From positions 475,555 through 539,554 of the forward strand of contig CAVSCR010000007.1 in the NCBI GenBank assembly GCA_963726575.1: DNA of 64,000 nucleotides, in the 5' to 3' direction. This DNA is from an uncultured Actinomycetota bacterium (GTDB lineage: Bacteria; Actinomycetota; Actinomycetes; JAHEKZ01). This document shows, piece by piece, positions 9,903 to 20,787 of this stretch (position 1 is the first letter of the stretch; each line of letters opens with the position of its first letter). The notes beneath the pieces are model-generated. The model made no database searches, was not told the origin of the DNA, and worked only from the letters and a program-made list of their open reading frames with translations. Made by a program: the position numbers and the translations under genes.

Positions 9903-10178
9903 TCAGCCGTGCGTGCCCGGCTCGTCCTCGGCACGCGCACGGATGGCCGGATTCCCCGATCGCCGTGCCCGGCCCGAGGCACCGGGCTGCGTCGTCGTGG
10001 TGGGCTTGCGTTGCGACGGTCCGAGCGAGCGCGTCACGACGACGAGCATGATCAGGCCGCACGCGATGTAGCACACCGGCACGAACCAACGAGCGCCGTT
10101 CAGGGCCGACATCACCGCCAAGCCGAACCACGCAGCAGTGATCACGACGCTGGCGATGAAGCGACCACGCGAGCCCAT
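9903..10178 (-). CDS. Small membrane protein (2 predicted TM helices)
   Basis: 91-aa ORF with hydrophobic stretches FIASVVITAAWFGLAV and VPVCYIACGLIMLVVV, placed directly upstream of the PH-domain gene. Confidence 0.35.
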   Translation of the reverse strand: MGSRGRFIASVVITAAWFGLAVMSALNGARWFVPVCYIACGLIMLVVVTRSLGPSQRKPTTTTQPGASGRARRSGNPAIRARAEDEPGTHG

Positions 10179-10258
10179 GACAGAACTCCCACTGAGCCAG
10201 GGGTGTACTGGATCGAGACGACGCTACCCGACCGGGCAGCGGATCGGTCCCGGCTCGG

Positions 10259-11875
10259 TCAGATCCGGAACCGGGCGATCGACTGCCGCAAGTCGTCCGC
10301 CAAGGACGTCAGCGACGCGGCGGCGGCTGCCGCATGGCGCGACCCATCCGCGGACTGCTGCGACACCGTCGACACCGCAGCCATGGCGCCCACCACATCA
10401 GCCGACGCCGAACGCTGCATCTGGCTGGCGTTGGAGATCTCGCGGGCTGCAGTCGTCGTCTCATCGGCCATGTCAGAGATCCGCTCGAGCACTGACACGA
10501 CGTCGCGCGCCAGGGCGACGCCGGTCACGACTTCGTCTGCGCCCTGTGCGGTCACCTGGGTGGTGGCGCGCATCTCGCCCTGGATCTCGTTGACGATCCC
10601 CTGAATCTGCTTGGTCGACGTCTGGGCGCGCTCGGCCAGCTTGCGCACCTCGGCGGCGACGACGGCGAAGCCGCGGCCATGTTCGCCGGCGCGCGCGGCC
10701 TCGATCGCGGCATTCAGAGCCAGCAGGTTCGTCTGGTTGGCCAGGTCGTCGATCACCACCAGGATCCGGCCGATCTCACCGGAGCGGTCGGCCAACGCCG
10801 CAGTGCGCTCGGCCACCGCACGGGAACGCTCGGCGATGGCATCGATCGCCGTCACTGCCTGTGCGACCGCCGTCTGGCCCTGCTCGGCGTACTGATAGGT
10901 GAGAGCGGCGTGGTCGACCACCTCGGCACTGCTCGCGGCGATCTGCTCGGCCATGCTGGCGAGTTGTTCCAGGGTGGTCGTCGACTCCACGAGCGCGTTG
11001 GACTGCTCGGTGGTGGCTATCGCCTGTGCCTGCGCGGCGTGGTGCAACTCGGTGGCACTGCCGGCAATGCGCTCACCGCCGTCGCGGACCCGGTCGACCA
11101 GCATGCGCAGGCTCACCAGCGTCTCGTCGATCGACACCGCCAAGAGGCTCAGGGACGGGTCGTCGTCCGGCGACGAGACGTGTACGGCAAGGTCACCGTC
11201 GGCCGCCTGTGCCAACGTCACGGACAACTCGTCCACGTGACGCCTGAGGTGGTCGTTGTGCGCCTGGTGGATCGACGACTTCAGCGCGGCGTCGAACAGG
11301 ACCACCAGGGGGATGATCGCACTCGCGGCCAGCAGGAACGGGATCTCCGGGACGGTGAACGTGCCGGCCGCCAGCGTCGAGACCAGCAACAAGACGGCAC
11401 CCAGCACGGACAGGGCTACCTGGGCCTTGCGGCCCGCGACGTCGGCCACGAAGACCGCGACGGTCACGTAGAGCACCCAGACCGGGCTGGACAGCCCGCC
11501 GGTGAGGGCGACCATGCCGGCGACCCAGGCCATCTCGGCCACCAGTAGCACGAGTGGGAGGGCCGGCGGGATCGTCCACGCCTGAGCCCGGCCGTCAGCC
11601 GGCTCGCGGACCCGGCGGGCGAGTCCGGTCAGCAGGATCGCCAGGCCGACGCCGCCGGCGCACCAGAAGAGCATGGGGACGAGGAGCACGGGGACGGACC
11701 GGTCGACCGCACGGAGCAGCAGTCCCAGGGTCAGCCCCAGGCCAAGGTTGAGCCACGCCGCGACCGCGGCGGACCGCGCGACTTGAGACGAGTTGTCCAT
11801 CGCCCTGGCGAGCCCCCTGTGCTCATGGACGTCCCCGACGCCGGAGTAGACGTCGCAACCGATCTTCGGCATCAC
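10259..11875 (-). CDS. Methyl-accepting chemotaxis protein (multi-TM N-terminus, MCP signalling domain)
   Basis: Highly conserved MCP core [35 protein letters not shown], with about 6 N-terminal TM helices. Confidence 0.8.
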   Translation of the reverse strand: MMPKIGCDVYSGVGDVHEHRGLARAMDNSSQVARSAAVAAWLNLGLGLTLGLLLRAVDRSVPVLLVPMLFWCAGGVGLAILLTGLARRVREPADGRAQAWTIPPALPLVLLVAEMAWVAGMVALTGGLSSPVWVLYVTVAVFVADVAGRKAQVALSVLGAVLLLVSTLAAGTFTVPEIPFLLAASAIIPLVVLFDAALKSSIHQAHNDHLRRHVDELSVTLAQAADGDLAVHVSSPDDDPSLSLLAVSIDETLVSLRMLVDRVRDGGERIAGSATELHHAAQAQAIATTEQSNALVESTTTLEQLASMAEQIAASSAEVVDHAALTYQYAEQGQTAVAQAVTAIDAIAERSRAVAERTAALADRSGEIGRILVVIDDLANQTNLLALNAAIEAARAGEHGRGFAVVAAEVRKLAERAQTSTKQIQGIVNEIQGEMRATTQVTAQGADEVVTGVALARDVVSVLERISDMADETTTAAREISNASQMQRSASADVVGAMAAVSTVSQQSADGSRHAAAAAASLTSLADDLRQSIARFRI

Positions 11876-11991
11876 CGCAGCGACACTTGACTCGATCGGG
11901 CTAGTCCGGGCCTGGTACGCCGAACGGGTGATGGGCCCTCCGGAGTAACCATGCTCCGGTCGGCGCCTGTGGGGTACGGCACCATGAGCCG

Positions 11992-13455
11992 GTGAGTTCG
12001 CAGGCGGCGGTGGCCGCAGGGAACCGCGACACGGTGGCTGCCGCGGTGTCCGTGCTCCGAGCCGGGGGCAATGCCTTCGACGCCGCGCTGGCGGCGGGGT
12101 TCGCGGCCGCCGTCACCGAGCCGGGGCTGTCCAGCCTCGGCGGAGGTGGCTTCCTGCTGGCCCACCACGCGAGCGGACGGCAGGAGCTCTACGACTTCTT
12201 CGTCGACGTCCCGGGACGGGGTCGTTCGGCTCAGGTGCGCGAGCCGCACTTCACGCCGGTCACCGTCCAGTTCGCCGGGATCGCCCAGGTGTTCTACGCC
12301 GGCTACGGCTCGGTGGCGGTGCCAGGCTGCCTGGACGGCTACCTCATGGCCCACGCCCGTTTGGGCCGACTCCCCCTGGCGGCCGTCGTCGGGCCGGCGC
12401 AGCGCCTGGCAGAGGACGGCTTTGCCTTGGCGCCGACGCAGGCCGACGTGCTCCAGCTGCTGACGGGGATCTTGTCGCTGACGAAGGAGGGACGTGCCGC
12501 GTTCTTGCCGCACGGCCGGCTGCCGGTTGCTGGGGAGACGCTGCGCCAACCCGACTACGCCGACACCCTGGCCCGAATCGCGTCGGGCGGGATCCAGGGG
12601 TTCGCCAGCGCCGGACTCGGCGACGTGCTGGCGTCGGCGATGAGCGAGCACGACGGTCTGGTGGGTGCGGACGACCTGGCCGGATACGCACCTGTGGTCC
12701 GTGCACCGTTGTCGGTGGACTATCGCGGCTGCCGGATCGCCACCAACCCACCACCGTCCTTCGGCGGCAGCATCGTCATGCGCGCGCTTTCGTTGTTCGG
12801 CGAAGGCGCCCAGCTCGCCGCCCCGAACGACCTGGCCCGCCTGGTCGGCACCGTCGCGACGGCCACGGAGGAGGAGAAGCGACGTCGCGCAGGACCGTCA
12901 TCCAGCCAGGGAACGACACACGTCAGCGTGGTCGACGGCGACGGCAACGTCGCCTCGATGACGACGTCGAACGGCTCGTGTTCAGGGGTCTTCGTCCCCG
13001 GTACGGGCATCCAGCTCAACAACGTCATGGGTGAGCGCGACCTGCATCCCGAGGGTTTCCACGTGGCCGAACCCGGGACCCGGGTGGCCTCGATGATGGC
13101 CCCGACGGTGATCACCGCTCCTGACGGCTCGGTCACTGCACTCGGCAGCGGCGGCAGCGAGCGGATCCGCAGCGCGCTGCTGCAAGTGATCGTCAACCTC
13201 ATCGATCGAGGGCAGACGCCCGAGCAGGCTGTGACAGCTCCCCGGGTCCATCTCGACGACGGCGTCGTGCAGGCCGAGCCCGGTTTCGCCACGGAGACCT
13301 ACGAAGCCTTGTCACAGGTCTTCGACGTGAACGCGTGGTCGCGTCCGGATCTGTACTTCGGCGGCACCCACGTCGTGCGTCTCGACGCGCACGGGCGGGC
13401 GACGGCCGCGGGTGACCCGCGACGCGGTGGGGCCTCAGCCGTGGTCGACCTGTGA
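11992..13455 (+). CDS. ggt: Gamma-glutamyltransferase family protein
   Basis: GGT signatures: GGGGF, the autoprocessing threonine region [21 protein letters not shown], and GSGGS. Confidence 0.8.
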   Translation: MSSQAAVAAGNRDTVAAAVSVLRAGGNAFDAALAAGFAAAVTEPGLSSLGGGGFLLAHHASGRQELYDFFVDVPGRGRSAQVREPHFTPVTVQFAGIAQVFYAGYGSVAVPGCLDGYLMAHARLGRLPLAAVVGPAQRLAEDGFALAPTQADVLQLLTGILSLTKEGRAAFLPHGRLPVAGETLRQPDYADTLARIASGGIQGFASAGLGDVLASAMSEHDGLVGADDLAGYAPVVRAPLSVDYRGCRIATNPPPSFGGSIVMRALSLFGEGAQLAAPNDLARLVGTVATATEEEKRRRAGPSSSQGTTHVSVVDGDGNVASMTTSNGSCSGVFVPGTGIQLNNVMGERDLHPEGFHVAEPGTRVASMMAPTVITAPDGSVTALGSGGSERIRSALLQVIVNLIDRGQTPEQAVTAPRVHLDDGVVQAEPGFATETYEALSQVFDVNAWSRPDLYFGGTHVVRLDAHGRATAAGDPRRGGASAVVDL

Positions 13456-14817
13456 TCCGCCTGCCAGTCGTTCCACACGCGCGTGCAGCCAACCCAACGT
13501 CGTCTCGCTCTCTGGCTTGAGCAGGACGCTGCGCAAGATCCTTGGCCGTTCGACGTCGGCCACGATCCCGGGACACGCGTGCGCAAGCTGATCACCGGTG
13601 ACTCGCAGCGTCGACAGGTACACCGGGTCGATCGCGTCGTCCATGCCTTCGGTGAGCATCCTCGCCGACTCCCGGTCCACCGCCGACGCGGTCGCGCGTC
13701 GGGGCAGATAGGTGACGATGTCGGTCGCCGGTGGGACGAAGGGAGCCAGAACCTGCGACGTCTCCAGCAGTTCGTGCCAGCGCACCGCTGCTCGCCGTCC
13801 CGCCGCCAGCCCGGCGCCCAGGCCGTCGTGGCTCAGCGGGAACACCTGCAGGGTGAGCCACAGTGCCGCCGCAGCCGCGCCGGCGCGCGAGCATTCGAGG
13901 CTGATCTCACCGAGGTGCAGCTCGTCGGACGTGAAGTACGTGTACGGGGAGTCGTGCGCGTAGAAGCGACCGACGGCCGGATCACGGAACAACACTGCTC
14001 CGCACCCGTAGGGCTGCAACCCGTGCTTGTGGGGGTCAACGACCACCGAATCCGCCTGCGCGATCGCCAGCCACGGCGGCGGCTCGACGCCGCCGGCAGC
14101 GTCAGACGCGCCCGTCGCCAGCAGCCGGAAGAATCCGCCGTACGCCGCATCGACGTGGACCCGTGCACCGTACTCATGCGCCAAGGGCACGATCGCGTCG
14201 ATCGGATCCACTGCGCCGAGTCCGGTCGTGGCTGCGGTCGCGACGACTGTTCCGACCGTGCCCGTCGCCAACACGTCACGGAGTGCGGCGACGTCCATGC
14301 GGCCTGCGTCGTCGGTCGGCACCGGAGTCGACTCGATGCCGAGGAGACGACACATCCTGGCGTGGGTGTAGTGGCTGTCGACGGAGAAGGCGACGCCGGC
14401 GCGGGGGTGGAGTTCGCGCGCCACGAACAGCGCCTCCAGGTTCGCGATGGTTCCGCTGCTGGTGAGGTGACCGAGGTGCTGTTCGAAGCCGAACATGGCG
14501 GCGAGGTCGGCCACCACCTCCTTCTCCATGCGCGCCGTCGCGGGTCCACCGTCGAGCGCGTGGTTGTTCGGGTTGATGAGCATCGTGGCCAGGTAGCCCA
14601 CCACGGCCACCGGGTGCGGCGGCTTGAGCATCTGCCCGGCATAGCGAGGGTGGTGGAAGGGGTAGTTGTCGCCCAGTCGGTCGACGAGGTGCTCCAGGGC
14701 GCTCGCCAGCCTCGCCTCGTCGACCACCTGGGAGGAATGCGGCTCGAACTGACCGGCCTGCGACTGCCAGTCCTGGACCGCCTCGACCGCACGCGTGGTC
14801 CAGACGTTCAGGTCCAC
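13435..14817 (-). CDS. Pyridoxal-phosphate-dependent group II decarboxylase (aspartate/glutamate/diaminobutyrate decarboxylase family)
   Basis: YPFHHPRYAGQMLKPP, SVDSHYTHARM and a PLP-lysine region. The ORF track extends to 14988 across a tRNA gene, so the start was trimmed to the GTG at 14817. Confidence 0.75.
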   Translation of the reverse strand: MDLNVWTTRAVEAVQDWQSQAGQFEPHSSQVVDEARLASALEHLVDRLGDNYPFHHPRYAGQMLKPPHPVAVVGYLATMLINPNNHALDGGPATARMEKEVVADLAAMFGFEQHLGHLTSSGTIANLEALFVARELHPRAGVAFSVDSHYTHARMCRLLGIESTPVPTDDAGRMDVAALRDVLATGTVGTVVATAATTGLGAVDPIDAIVPLAHEYGARVHVDAAYGGFFRLLATGASDAAGGVEPPPWLAIAQADSVVVDPHKHGLQPYGCGAVLFRDPAVGRFYAHDSPYTYFTSDELHLGEISLECSRAGAAAAALWLTLQVFPLSHDGLGAGLAAGRRAAVRWHELLETSQVLAPFVPPATDIVTYLPRRATASAVDRESARMLTEGMDDAIDPVYLSTLRVTGDQLAHACPGIVADVERPRILRSVLLKPESETTLGWLHARVERLAGGSQVDHG

Positions 14818-14841
14818 GCGTCCGCCCTTCGGCCGGTCGGC

Positions 14842-14925
14842 GGCGAGGGAGGGATTTGAACCCCCGGAGGATCGCTCCTCAGACGCTTTCAAGGCGCCCG
14901 CATTAGGCCGCTCTGCCACCTCGCC
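14842..14925 (-). tRNA. tRNA-Ser (anticodon TGA), long variable arm
   Basis: rc = GGCGAGGTGGCAGAGCGGCCTAATGCGGGCGCCTTGAAAGCG...GGTTCAAATCCCTCCCTCGCC, with anticodon loop CTTGAAA. Confidence 0.8.
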
Positions 14926-15032
14926 CGGTGCTCCGGCGAGCAGGCTAGCGTCCGGCCGACCTGTGCCGCGGATTCTGCTCCGGCGCACCTGCGTGCGAGA
15001 CTGCCAGGCGTTGTTCCCCCGCCAGGAAGAAG

Positions 15033-16058
15033 ATGATGGACGGCAACGCCAGCTATCGCCACGCCAATACCGCCGTTCTCTCGGTCACTGCCGTGAAGGC
15101 GCCCCAGGTGGTGACGTCGGCCCAGTTCGACGAGGTGCTCGAACCTACGTTTCGGCGTCTGGGCCTGCGGCCCGGCCTGCTCGAAGGGCTCGCTGGGATC
15201 TACGAACGCCGCTGGTGGCCCGAGGGCTACCACTTCACGGACGCGGCTGCTGCCGCCGGCGAGTCCGCACTCGAGGCCGCCGGGATCGAGCGCGACCGCA
15301 TCGGCCTGATGATCAACTCCTCCATCTCGCGCGAGTACCTCGAGCCTTCGTCAGCTGTGAAGATCCACCACGACCTCCGGCTGCCGACCTCGGCCACGAA
15401 CTTCGACCTCGCCAATGCCTGCCTCGGGTTCATGAACGGCATGCACCTCGCTGCGTCGATGATCGATGCGGGCCACATCGACTACGCCCTCGTCGTGGAC
15501 GGCGAGGATGCGCGAGCCGTCCAGGAGTCCACCCTCGCTCGCCTCTCGCGCGACCACGTGACCACCGAAGACCTGTTCAGCGAGTTCGCCTGCCTGACGC
15601 TCGGATCCGGAGCGGCGGCGATGGTGCTGGGGCGCGCGGACCGGCACCCGGAGGGTCACCGACTGGTCGGCGGCATCTCGCGGGCGGCTACCGAGCACCA
15701 CATGCTCTGTATCGGTGACAACGAGCACATGACCACCGACACCAAGGGCCTGCTCGACGCTGGGCTGGAGCTCGCCGAGTCGGCCTGGAAGGAAGCGCTG
15801 GTCGACTTCGACTGGCGCGACATGGACTGCTACGTCCTGCACCAGGTGTCGCGCGTCCATACCGAGTCGTTGTGTGCTCGCTTGGGTATCGACTTGAAAC
15901 GTGCGCCGTTGACCTTCCCCACGTACGGCAACATCGCGTCTGCCGCATTGCCGTTCACCCTGGCACTGCAGTCCGAGCAGCTCAACGCCGGCGAGCGCGT
16001 GCTGTGCATGGGCATCGGCTCGGGACTCAACGTCGCGTTCTGTGAGATCACCTGGTGA
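15033..16058 (+). CDS. oleA: OleA, FabH-like thiolase-superfamily acyl-CoA condensing enzyme (olefin biosynthesis)
   Basis: 341-aa KAS III-like protein leading a 4-nt-overlap operon. It reads alpha/beta-hydrolase::AMP-ligase fusion, then 3beta-HSD-family reductase, which is the oleA-oleBC-oleD arrangement. Confidence 0.75.
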   Translation: MMDGNASYRHANTAVLSVTAVKAPQVVTSAQFDEVLEPTFRRLGLRPGLLEGLAGIYERRWWPEGYHFTDAAAAAGESALEAAGIERDRIGLMINSSISREYLEPSSAVKIHHDLRLPTSATNFDLANACLGFMNGMHLAASMIDAGHIDYALVVDGEDARAVQESTLARLSRDHVTTEDLFSEFACLTLGSGAAAMVLGRADRHPEGHRLVGGISRAATEHHMLCIGDNEHMTTDTKGLLDAGLELAESAWKEALVDFDWRDMDCYVLHQVSRVHTESLCARLGIDLKRAPLTFPTYGNIASAALPFTLALQSEQLNAGERVLCMGIGSGLNVAFCEITW

Positions 16059-18637
16059 CTGCCGGGCCGACCATCGCGGCGTCACTTCCCCCGCACGGCT
16101 TGCCTGGGCTCGACTCCTCGTGGTCGCGGCTGGTGGTGACCCAAGACGAGGACGATGTGAGGCACACGTGGCACGTGCTCGACACGTGGGCCCATCGAAC
16201 CGGTGCCCCGCGCCTGACCTACCTGTGCGTGCACGGCAACCCCACGTGGTCCTACCTGTGGCGCAGCCTCGCGGCCGCGATCGACCCGCGCGACCGGTTG
16301 ATCGCGGTCGACCAGCTGGGTATGGGCTTCTCTGAGCGCACGGGACAGTTCCCCCGCTTCGCCGAGCGCGTCACCCAGTTGGGGCAGCTCACGAACGCAG
16401 TCGGCGTCACCGGACAGGTCGTCACGGTGGGACACGACTGGGGTGGTGCGATCTCGCTTGCGTGGGCGTTGGACCACCGCGAGCAGCTCGCCGGCATCGT
16501 GTTGACGAACACCGCTGTCGCCCAGCCGGACGGCGCACGACCTCCGGCCCTGATCTCGCTGGTCACCTCCCGGCCGCTGCTGCGCGTGAACACGGTGCGC
16601 ACCCCGGCGTTCCTCGCCGGCACTCTTCGCCTGGCACATCCGGCGCTGCCGGACGACGTCGCGCGCGCGTACCGGGCTCCCTACCGGGGCGCTTTCCGCC
16701 GCCAGGCCATCGGTGACTTCGTCGCCGACATCCCCTTGTCGCAGGAGCATCCCAGCTACGCCGCGTTGCGCCGCGTCTCCGACGGCCTCCCGACACTTTC
16801 CGACGTACCCGCCCTGCTGCTCTGGGGCCCGCGCGACCCGGTGTTCTCCGACCGCTACCTGCGCGATCTGTTGCGCCGGCTGCCCCAGGCACAGGTGCAT
16901 CGCTTCGAAGGCGCCGGCCACCTCGTGGTGGAGGACGCTCCCGTCGCCGCGCAGGTGACTCGGTGGGTCGAGACAACGGCGCTGGCAGAAGCTGAGCCGG
17001 GGGAACCAGCTCCGCACGTCGAGGCGGCGGACGCCGAGCCTCTGTGGGCGGCCATCGATCGCCGGCGCGACGACGCGACACCGGCCGTGGTCGAGTGCGG
17101 TAGCCCGGCCCGCGTGGTGAGCTGGCGCGATCTGGCCAGCGTGGTCGACGCACTCGCCGCGGGACTGGTGGCGGACGGGCTGACCCCCGGGGACCGGGTG
17201 GCGCTGCTGGTACCGCCCGGTGCGGATCTGACCGCTCTGGTCTACGCGTGCTGGAAGGCCGGCGCCGTGATCGTGGTCGCTGATGCTGGGCTGGGTCTGC
17301 CCGGCCTTCGACGCGCTCTGCGTGGCGCACACCCCGACGTCGTGGTCGGGATCCCCCAGGCACTCGCTGCGGCCCGCCTCATGCGCCTGCCGGGGCGGTA
17401 TCTGCTGGTGGGTGGGAGCTCTCGTTGGTCGGCCAGGGCGCTGCGGGCGCGATCGGTGCGCGACGTCGTGCGCGACGGCCGCGGCCGCACCCCTCCTTCG
17501 CCGCCCGAGAGCGATGACGAAGCGGCGGTGCTGTTCACCTCTGGTGCAACCGGACCTGCCAAGGGTGTGGTCTACCGACACCGACACCTGCACGCCCAGC
17601 GAGAGATGCTCGCGACCGCGTACCAGATCACTCCCGACGACCGGCTCGTTGCAGCGTTCGCGCCGTTCGCGCTGTACGGACCCGCACTCGGCATCGGATC
17701 GGCGGTCCCGGACATGGAGGTGACCGCACCCGCGACCCTCACCGCAGCGGCGCTGGCTGACGCTGCGCAGCAGATCGACGCAACCTTGGTGTTCGCCTCG
17801 CCGGCGGCCCTGTCGAACGTGGTGGCCACCGCGTCGGAGCTGTCCGACACCCAACAGGCGACGCTGCAGCGAGTCCGGCTCCTGCTGTCCGCCGGCGCGC
17901 CCGTTCCGGTCGATGTCCTGCGCCGTGCTGCAGAGCTCTTGGGCGACGCCAGCGCGCACACGCCCTACGGCATGACCGAGGTGCTACCGGTGACCGACGT
18001 GACCTTGCCGGAGATCGAGAAGGCGGGCGTCGGCAACGGTGTCTACGTGGGGCACCCCCTCGCCGGCGTCCAGGTCGCGATCGCCCCGCTGGATGCCTCC
18101 GGCGTTCCCCTGCTCGGGTCGACGCTCGAGCCCCAGGTCAGCGGTGAGATCTGCGTCAGCGCGGCGCACGTGAAGGATCGCTACGACCAGCTGTGGGCGA
18201 CCCAGCAGGACAGCGGACAGCTGCCCGGATGGCACCGCACCGGCGACGTCGGCCACCTCGATGCCGACGGCGGGCTGTGGGTCGAGGGACGTCTGGTCCA
18301 CATCGTCGTGACGAGCCGTGGCGTCGTGACCCCGGTGGGTGTGGAAGCCCGCCTTGAGCAGCTGCCCGGAGTGCAACGGGCGGCGATCGTGGGGGTGGGA
18401 CCGGTCGGCACCCAGCAGGTGGTCGCCGTGATCGTTCCCGACGCCAAGCGCCAGGGACTGGTGGCGAGCCCAGACCTCTGCGACCAGGTGCGGGAGGCCG
18501 CCGGCGTCGCCGTTGCTGCTGTCTTGCTGCGCGACGCCCTGCCGGTGGACATCCGGCACAACGCCAAGATCGACAGAGGAGACCTGGCGCGGTGGGCGTC
18601 CGACGTCCTCGCCGGCCGGGGTGAGAGCAGGCCATGA
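16055..18637 (+). CDS. oleBC: OleBC fusion: haloalkane-dehalogenase-like alpha/beta hydrolase (OleB) fused to AMP-dependent synthetase/beta-lactone synthetase (OleC)
   Basis: N-terminal YLCVHGNPTWSYLWR (alpha/beta hydrolase). The C-terminal 550 aa form an adenylate-forming domain (LFTSGATGPAKGVVYRH ... TGD). GTGA overlap with the oleA stop. Confidence 0.8.
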   Translation: MTAGPTIAASLPPHGLPGLDSSWSRLVVTQDEDDVRHTWHVLDTWAHRTGAPRLTYLCVHGNPTWSYLWRSLAAAIDPRDRLIAVDQLGMGFSERTGQFPRFAERVTQLGQLTNAVGVTGQVVTVGHDWGGAISLAWALDHREQLAGIVLTNTAVAQPDGARPPALISLVTSRPLLRVNTVRTPAFLAGTLRLAHPALPDDVARAYRAPYRGAFRRQAIGDFVADIPLSQEHPSYAALRRVSDGLPTLSDVPALLLWGPRDPVFSDRYLRDLLRRLPQAQVHRFEGAGHLVVEDAPVAAQVTRWVETTALAEAEPGEPAPHVEAADAEPLWAAIDRRRDDATPAVVECGSPARVVSWRDLASVVDALAAGLVADGLTPGDRVALLVPPGADLTALVYACWKAGAVIVVADAGLGLPGLRRALRGAHPDVVVGIPQALAAARLMRLPGRYLLVGGSSRWSARALRARSVRDVVRDGRGRTPPSPPESDDEAAVLFTSGATGPAKGVVYRHRHLHAQREMLATAYQITPDDRLVAAFAPFALYGPALGIGSAVPDMEVTAPATLTAAALADAAQQIDATLVFASPAALSNVVATASELSDTQQATLQRVRLLLSAGAPVPVDVLRRAAELLGDASAHTPYGMTEVLPVTDVTLPEIEKAGVGNGVYVGHPLAGVQVAIAPLDASGVPLLGSTLEPQVSGEICVSAAHVKDRYDQLWATQQDSGQLPGWHRTGDVGHLDADGGLWVEGRLVHIVVTSRGVVTPVGVEARLEQLPGVQRAAIVGVGPVGTQQVVAVIVPDAKRQGLVASPDLCDQVREAAGVAVAAVLLRDALPVDIRHNAKIDRGDLARWASDVLAGRGESRP

Positions 18638-19599
18638 AGGTGCTGGTCACCGGTGCCAGCGGCATGCTCGGCACGGGTGTCGCGCAGGCACTGATCGAGC
18701 GCGGGGACGACGTCACCGTGCTGCAACGACGCCCCAGCGGCCTGCCCTGCGCAGAGATTCGGGGCGACCTCACGGACGCGACTGTCGTCAACGCTGCAGT
18801 CGTCGGGCAAGTGGCCGTGGTGCACCTCGCCGCCAAGGTCTCGGTGACCGGCCCGTGGGCGGAGTTCGCCCGGGTCAACGTGCTCGGGACTCGTGCGCTC
18901 GTGCGGGCCGCGCGCGACGCCGGCGTCGCCCGCTTCGTGCACGTGTCGTCGCCCTCGGTCGCGCACGCCGGAGACCCGCTCGTGGGAGCCGGCGCGAGCG
19001 CGGCCGACCCGGTAGCGGCTCGCGGCTCCTACGCGCGCAGCAAGGCGATGGCCGAGCTGGCTGCCCTCGACGCGGCTGACGACTCGATGTCGGTGGTCGC
19101 GGTGCGACCTCACCTGGTGTGGGGACCAGGCGACACCCAGCTCGTCGAGCGGATCGTGCAGCGGGCCTCCTCAGGACGGTTGGTGCTCATCGACGGCGGT
19201 CGCGCCCTCATCGACACCACCTACGTGACCAACGCCGTCGAGGCGCTCGTCGCGGCTCTCGACCACGCGCCCGACGTCAGCGGCCGCGCTTTCGTGGTGT
19301 CCAACGGTGAGCCACGGACCGTCGCCGAGCTGTTCGCCCGGATCTGCGCCGCTGCAGGTGTCGTCGCGCCGTCGCGTACGGTCGGGTACCCGCTGGCGCG
19401 GGCCGCCGGGTCGGTGGTGGAGCACGCGTGGTCGATGCTGCGAAGGACCGACGAACCGCCTATGACCAGCTTCCTTGCCGAGCAGCTCGCCACCGCGCAC
19501 TGGTTCGACCAGCGTGAGACGCAGCGGGCTCTGCACTGGAGCCCACGGGTCAGCCTGGCCGACGGGTTCGCGCAGCTGACCGCGTACTACACGAGATGA
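18634..19599 (+). CDS. oleD: OleD, NAD(P)-dependent 3beta-hydroxysteroid dehydrogenase/epimerase-family reductase
   Basis: Rossmann [17 protein letters not shown] overlap with the oleBC stop. Confidence 0.75.
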   Translation: MKVLVTGASGMLGTGVAQALIERGDDVTVLQRRPSGLPCAEIRGDLTDATVVNAAVVGQVAVVHLAAKVSVTGPWAEFARVNVLGTRALVRAARDAGVARFVHVSSPSVAHAGDPLVGAGASAADPVAARGSYARSKAMAELAALDAADDSMSVVAVRPHLVWGPGDTQLVERIVQRASSGRLVLIDGGRALIDTTYVTNAVEALVAALDHAPDVSGRAFVVSNGEPRTVAELFARICAAAGVVAPSRTVGYPLARAAGSVVEHAWSMLRRTDEPPMTSFLAEQLATAHWFDQRETQRALHWSPRVSLADGFAQLTAYYTR

Positions 19600-20786
19600 T
19601 CGGGATCTAGCCGCACCGGATGAGCCGCCGCGAAGGCCGCGACCGCTAGGGCGATGTCATCGTCGGTGTGAGCTGCGGACAGCTGAACCCGGATCCGCGC
19701 CTGACCCTCCGGCACCACCGGGTAGGAGAACGCAACGGCGTAGACCCCACGCTCCCACAGGCCGGCCGCCACCGAACCCGCAACGCGTGCGTCCCCGAAC
19801 ATCACTGGGACGATGGGGTGCTCGCCAGGCAGCAACGTGAACCCGGCCTCCGTCATGCCGCTGCGGAATGCGGCCGAGTTCGCATGAACGCGCTCGCGCA
19901 GGTCAGAGCTGCTCGCCAGGAGTTCGAGAACCGCGAGCGACGCACCGACCACGGGCGGTGGCACGCTGTTCGAGAACAGGTACGGACGGGCGCGTTGACG
20001 CAGCAGCTGGACGATCTCCGCGCGGGCACTCACGTAACCGCCGCTGGCCCCACCCAGCGCCTTGCCGAGCGTGCCGGTGACGATGTCCACGCGGTCGGCG
20101 ACACCGAACAGTTCCGGCGTACCGCGTCCGGTGGGTCCCACGAACCCGACGGCGTGTGAGTCGTCGACCATGACGAGAGCGTCGTACTCGTCGGCAAGGG
20201 CACAGATCTCGTCGAGTGGAGCCAGGTACCCATCCATCGAGAACACGCCGTCGGTGACGATGAGCCGGTAGCGCGCATCGGCCGCCTCCGCCAGACGGCT
20301 GCTCAGCTGGGCCATGTCTGCGTTGGCATAGCGCAGACGCCGCGCCTTGCACAGCCGGATGCCGTCGATGATCGACGCGTGGTTCAAGGCGTCGGAGATG
20401 ACGGCGTCACGCTCGTCGAGGAGGGCCTCGAACACGCCACCGTTGGCGTCGAAGCACGATCCGAACAAGATCGTGTCCTCGGTTCCCAGGAACTGTGACA
20501 GGCGCTGCTCGAGCTCGCGGTGAACTTCTTGCGTGCCACAGATGAAGCGCACCGAGGCCATCCCGTAGCCCCATCGGTCCAGGGCGTCATGAGCGGCGGC
20601 CAGCACCCGCGGGTCGTCGGCGAGCCCGAGGTAGTTGTTGGCGCACAGGTTGAGGATCTGCCGCCCCGCCTCGTCGGCGACGTGCGTCGCCTGCGGCGTG
20701 CTGATGATGTGTTCGGGCTTGAAGACTCCGCTGTCGTGCATCTGGGTGAGACGCTCACTGAGCTCGGCACGCAGTTGGGTCAACAC
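19587..20786 (-). CDS. kbl: Glycine C-acetyltransferase (2-amino-3-ketobutyrate CoA ligase)
   Basis: Alpha-oxoamine synthase family ([39 protein letters not shown]). Located downstream of tdh. Confidence 0.85.
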   Translation of the reverse strand: MLTQLRAELSERLTQMHDSGVFKPEHIISTPQATHVADEAGRQILNLCANNYLGLADDPRVLAAAHDALDRWGYGMASVRFICGTQEVHRELEQRLSQFLGTEDTILFGSCFDANGGVFEALLDERDAVISDALNHASIIDGIRLCKARRLRYANADMAQLSSRLAEAADARYRLIVTDGVFSMDGYLAPLDEICALADEYDALVMVDDSHAVGFVGPTGRGTPELFGVADRVDIVTGTLGKALGGASGGYVSARAEIVQLLRQRARPYLFSNSVPPPVVGASLAVLELLASSSDLRERVHANSAAFRSGMTEAGFTLLPGEHPIVPVMFGDARVAGSVAAGLWERGVYAVAFSYPVVPEGQARIRVQLSAAHTDDDIALAVAAFAAAHPVRLDPDHLV

Positions 20787-20787
20787 G

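Noticed and set aside
9644-10131. Frameshifted fusion of the small membrane protein and the PH-domain protein into one gene.
   Set aside because: A GTG start (VTATTIVF...) 24 nt after the upstream stop gives a complete bPH_2-type protein, so two separate intact genes explain the data without a frameshift.
13435-14988. 517-aa decarboxylase with a 57-aa N-terminal extension.
   Set aside because: The extension runs through tRNA-Ser(TGA) and translates its sequence (GALKASEERSSGGSNPSL). The start was trimmed to the GTG at 14817.
16082-17959. 625-aa ORF on the minus strand antisense to oleBC. Similar long antisense ORFs occur at 6635-7711, 10679-11548, 47175-48527, 54803-56074 and 25389-26465.
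   Set aside because: These are Arg/Gly/Pro-rich low-complexity translations typical of out-of-frame reading in high-GC DNA. Each is fully embedded in a well-supported gene on the other strand, and none has a recognisable domain.
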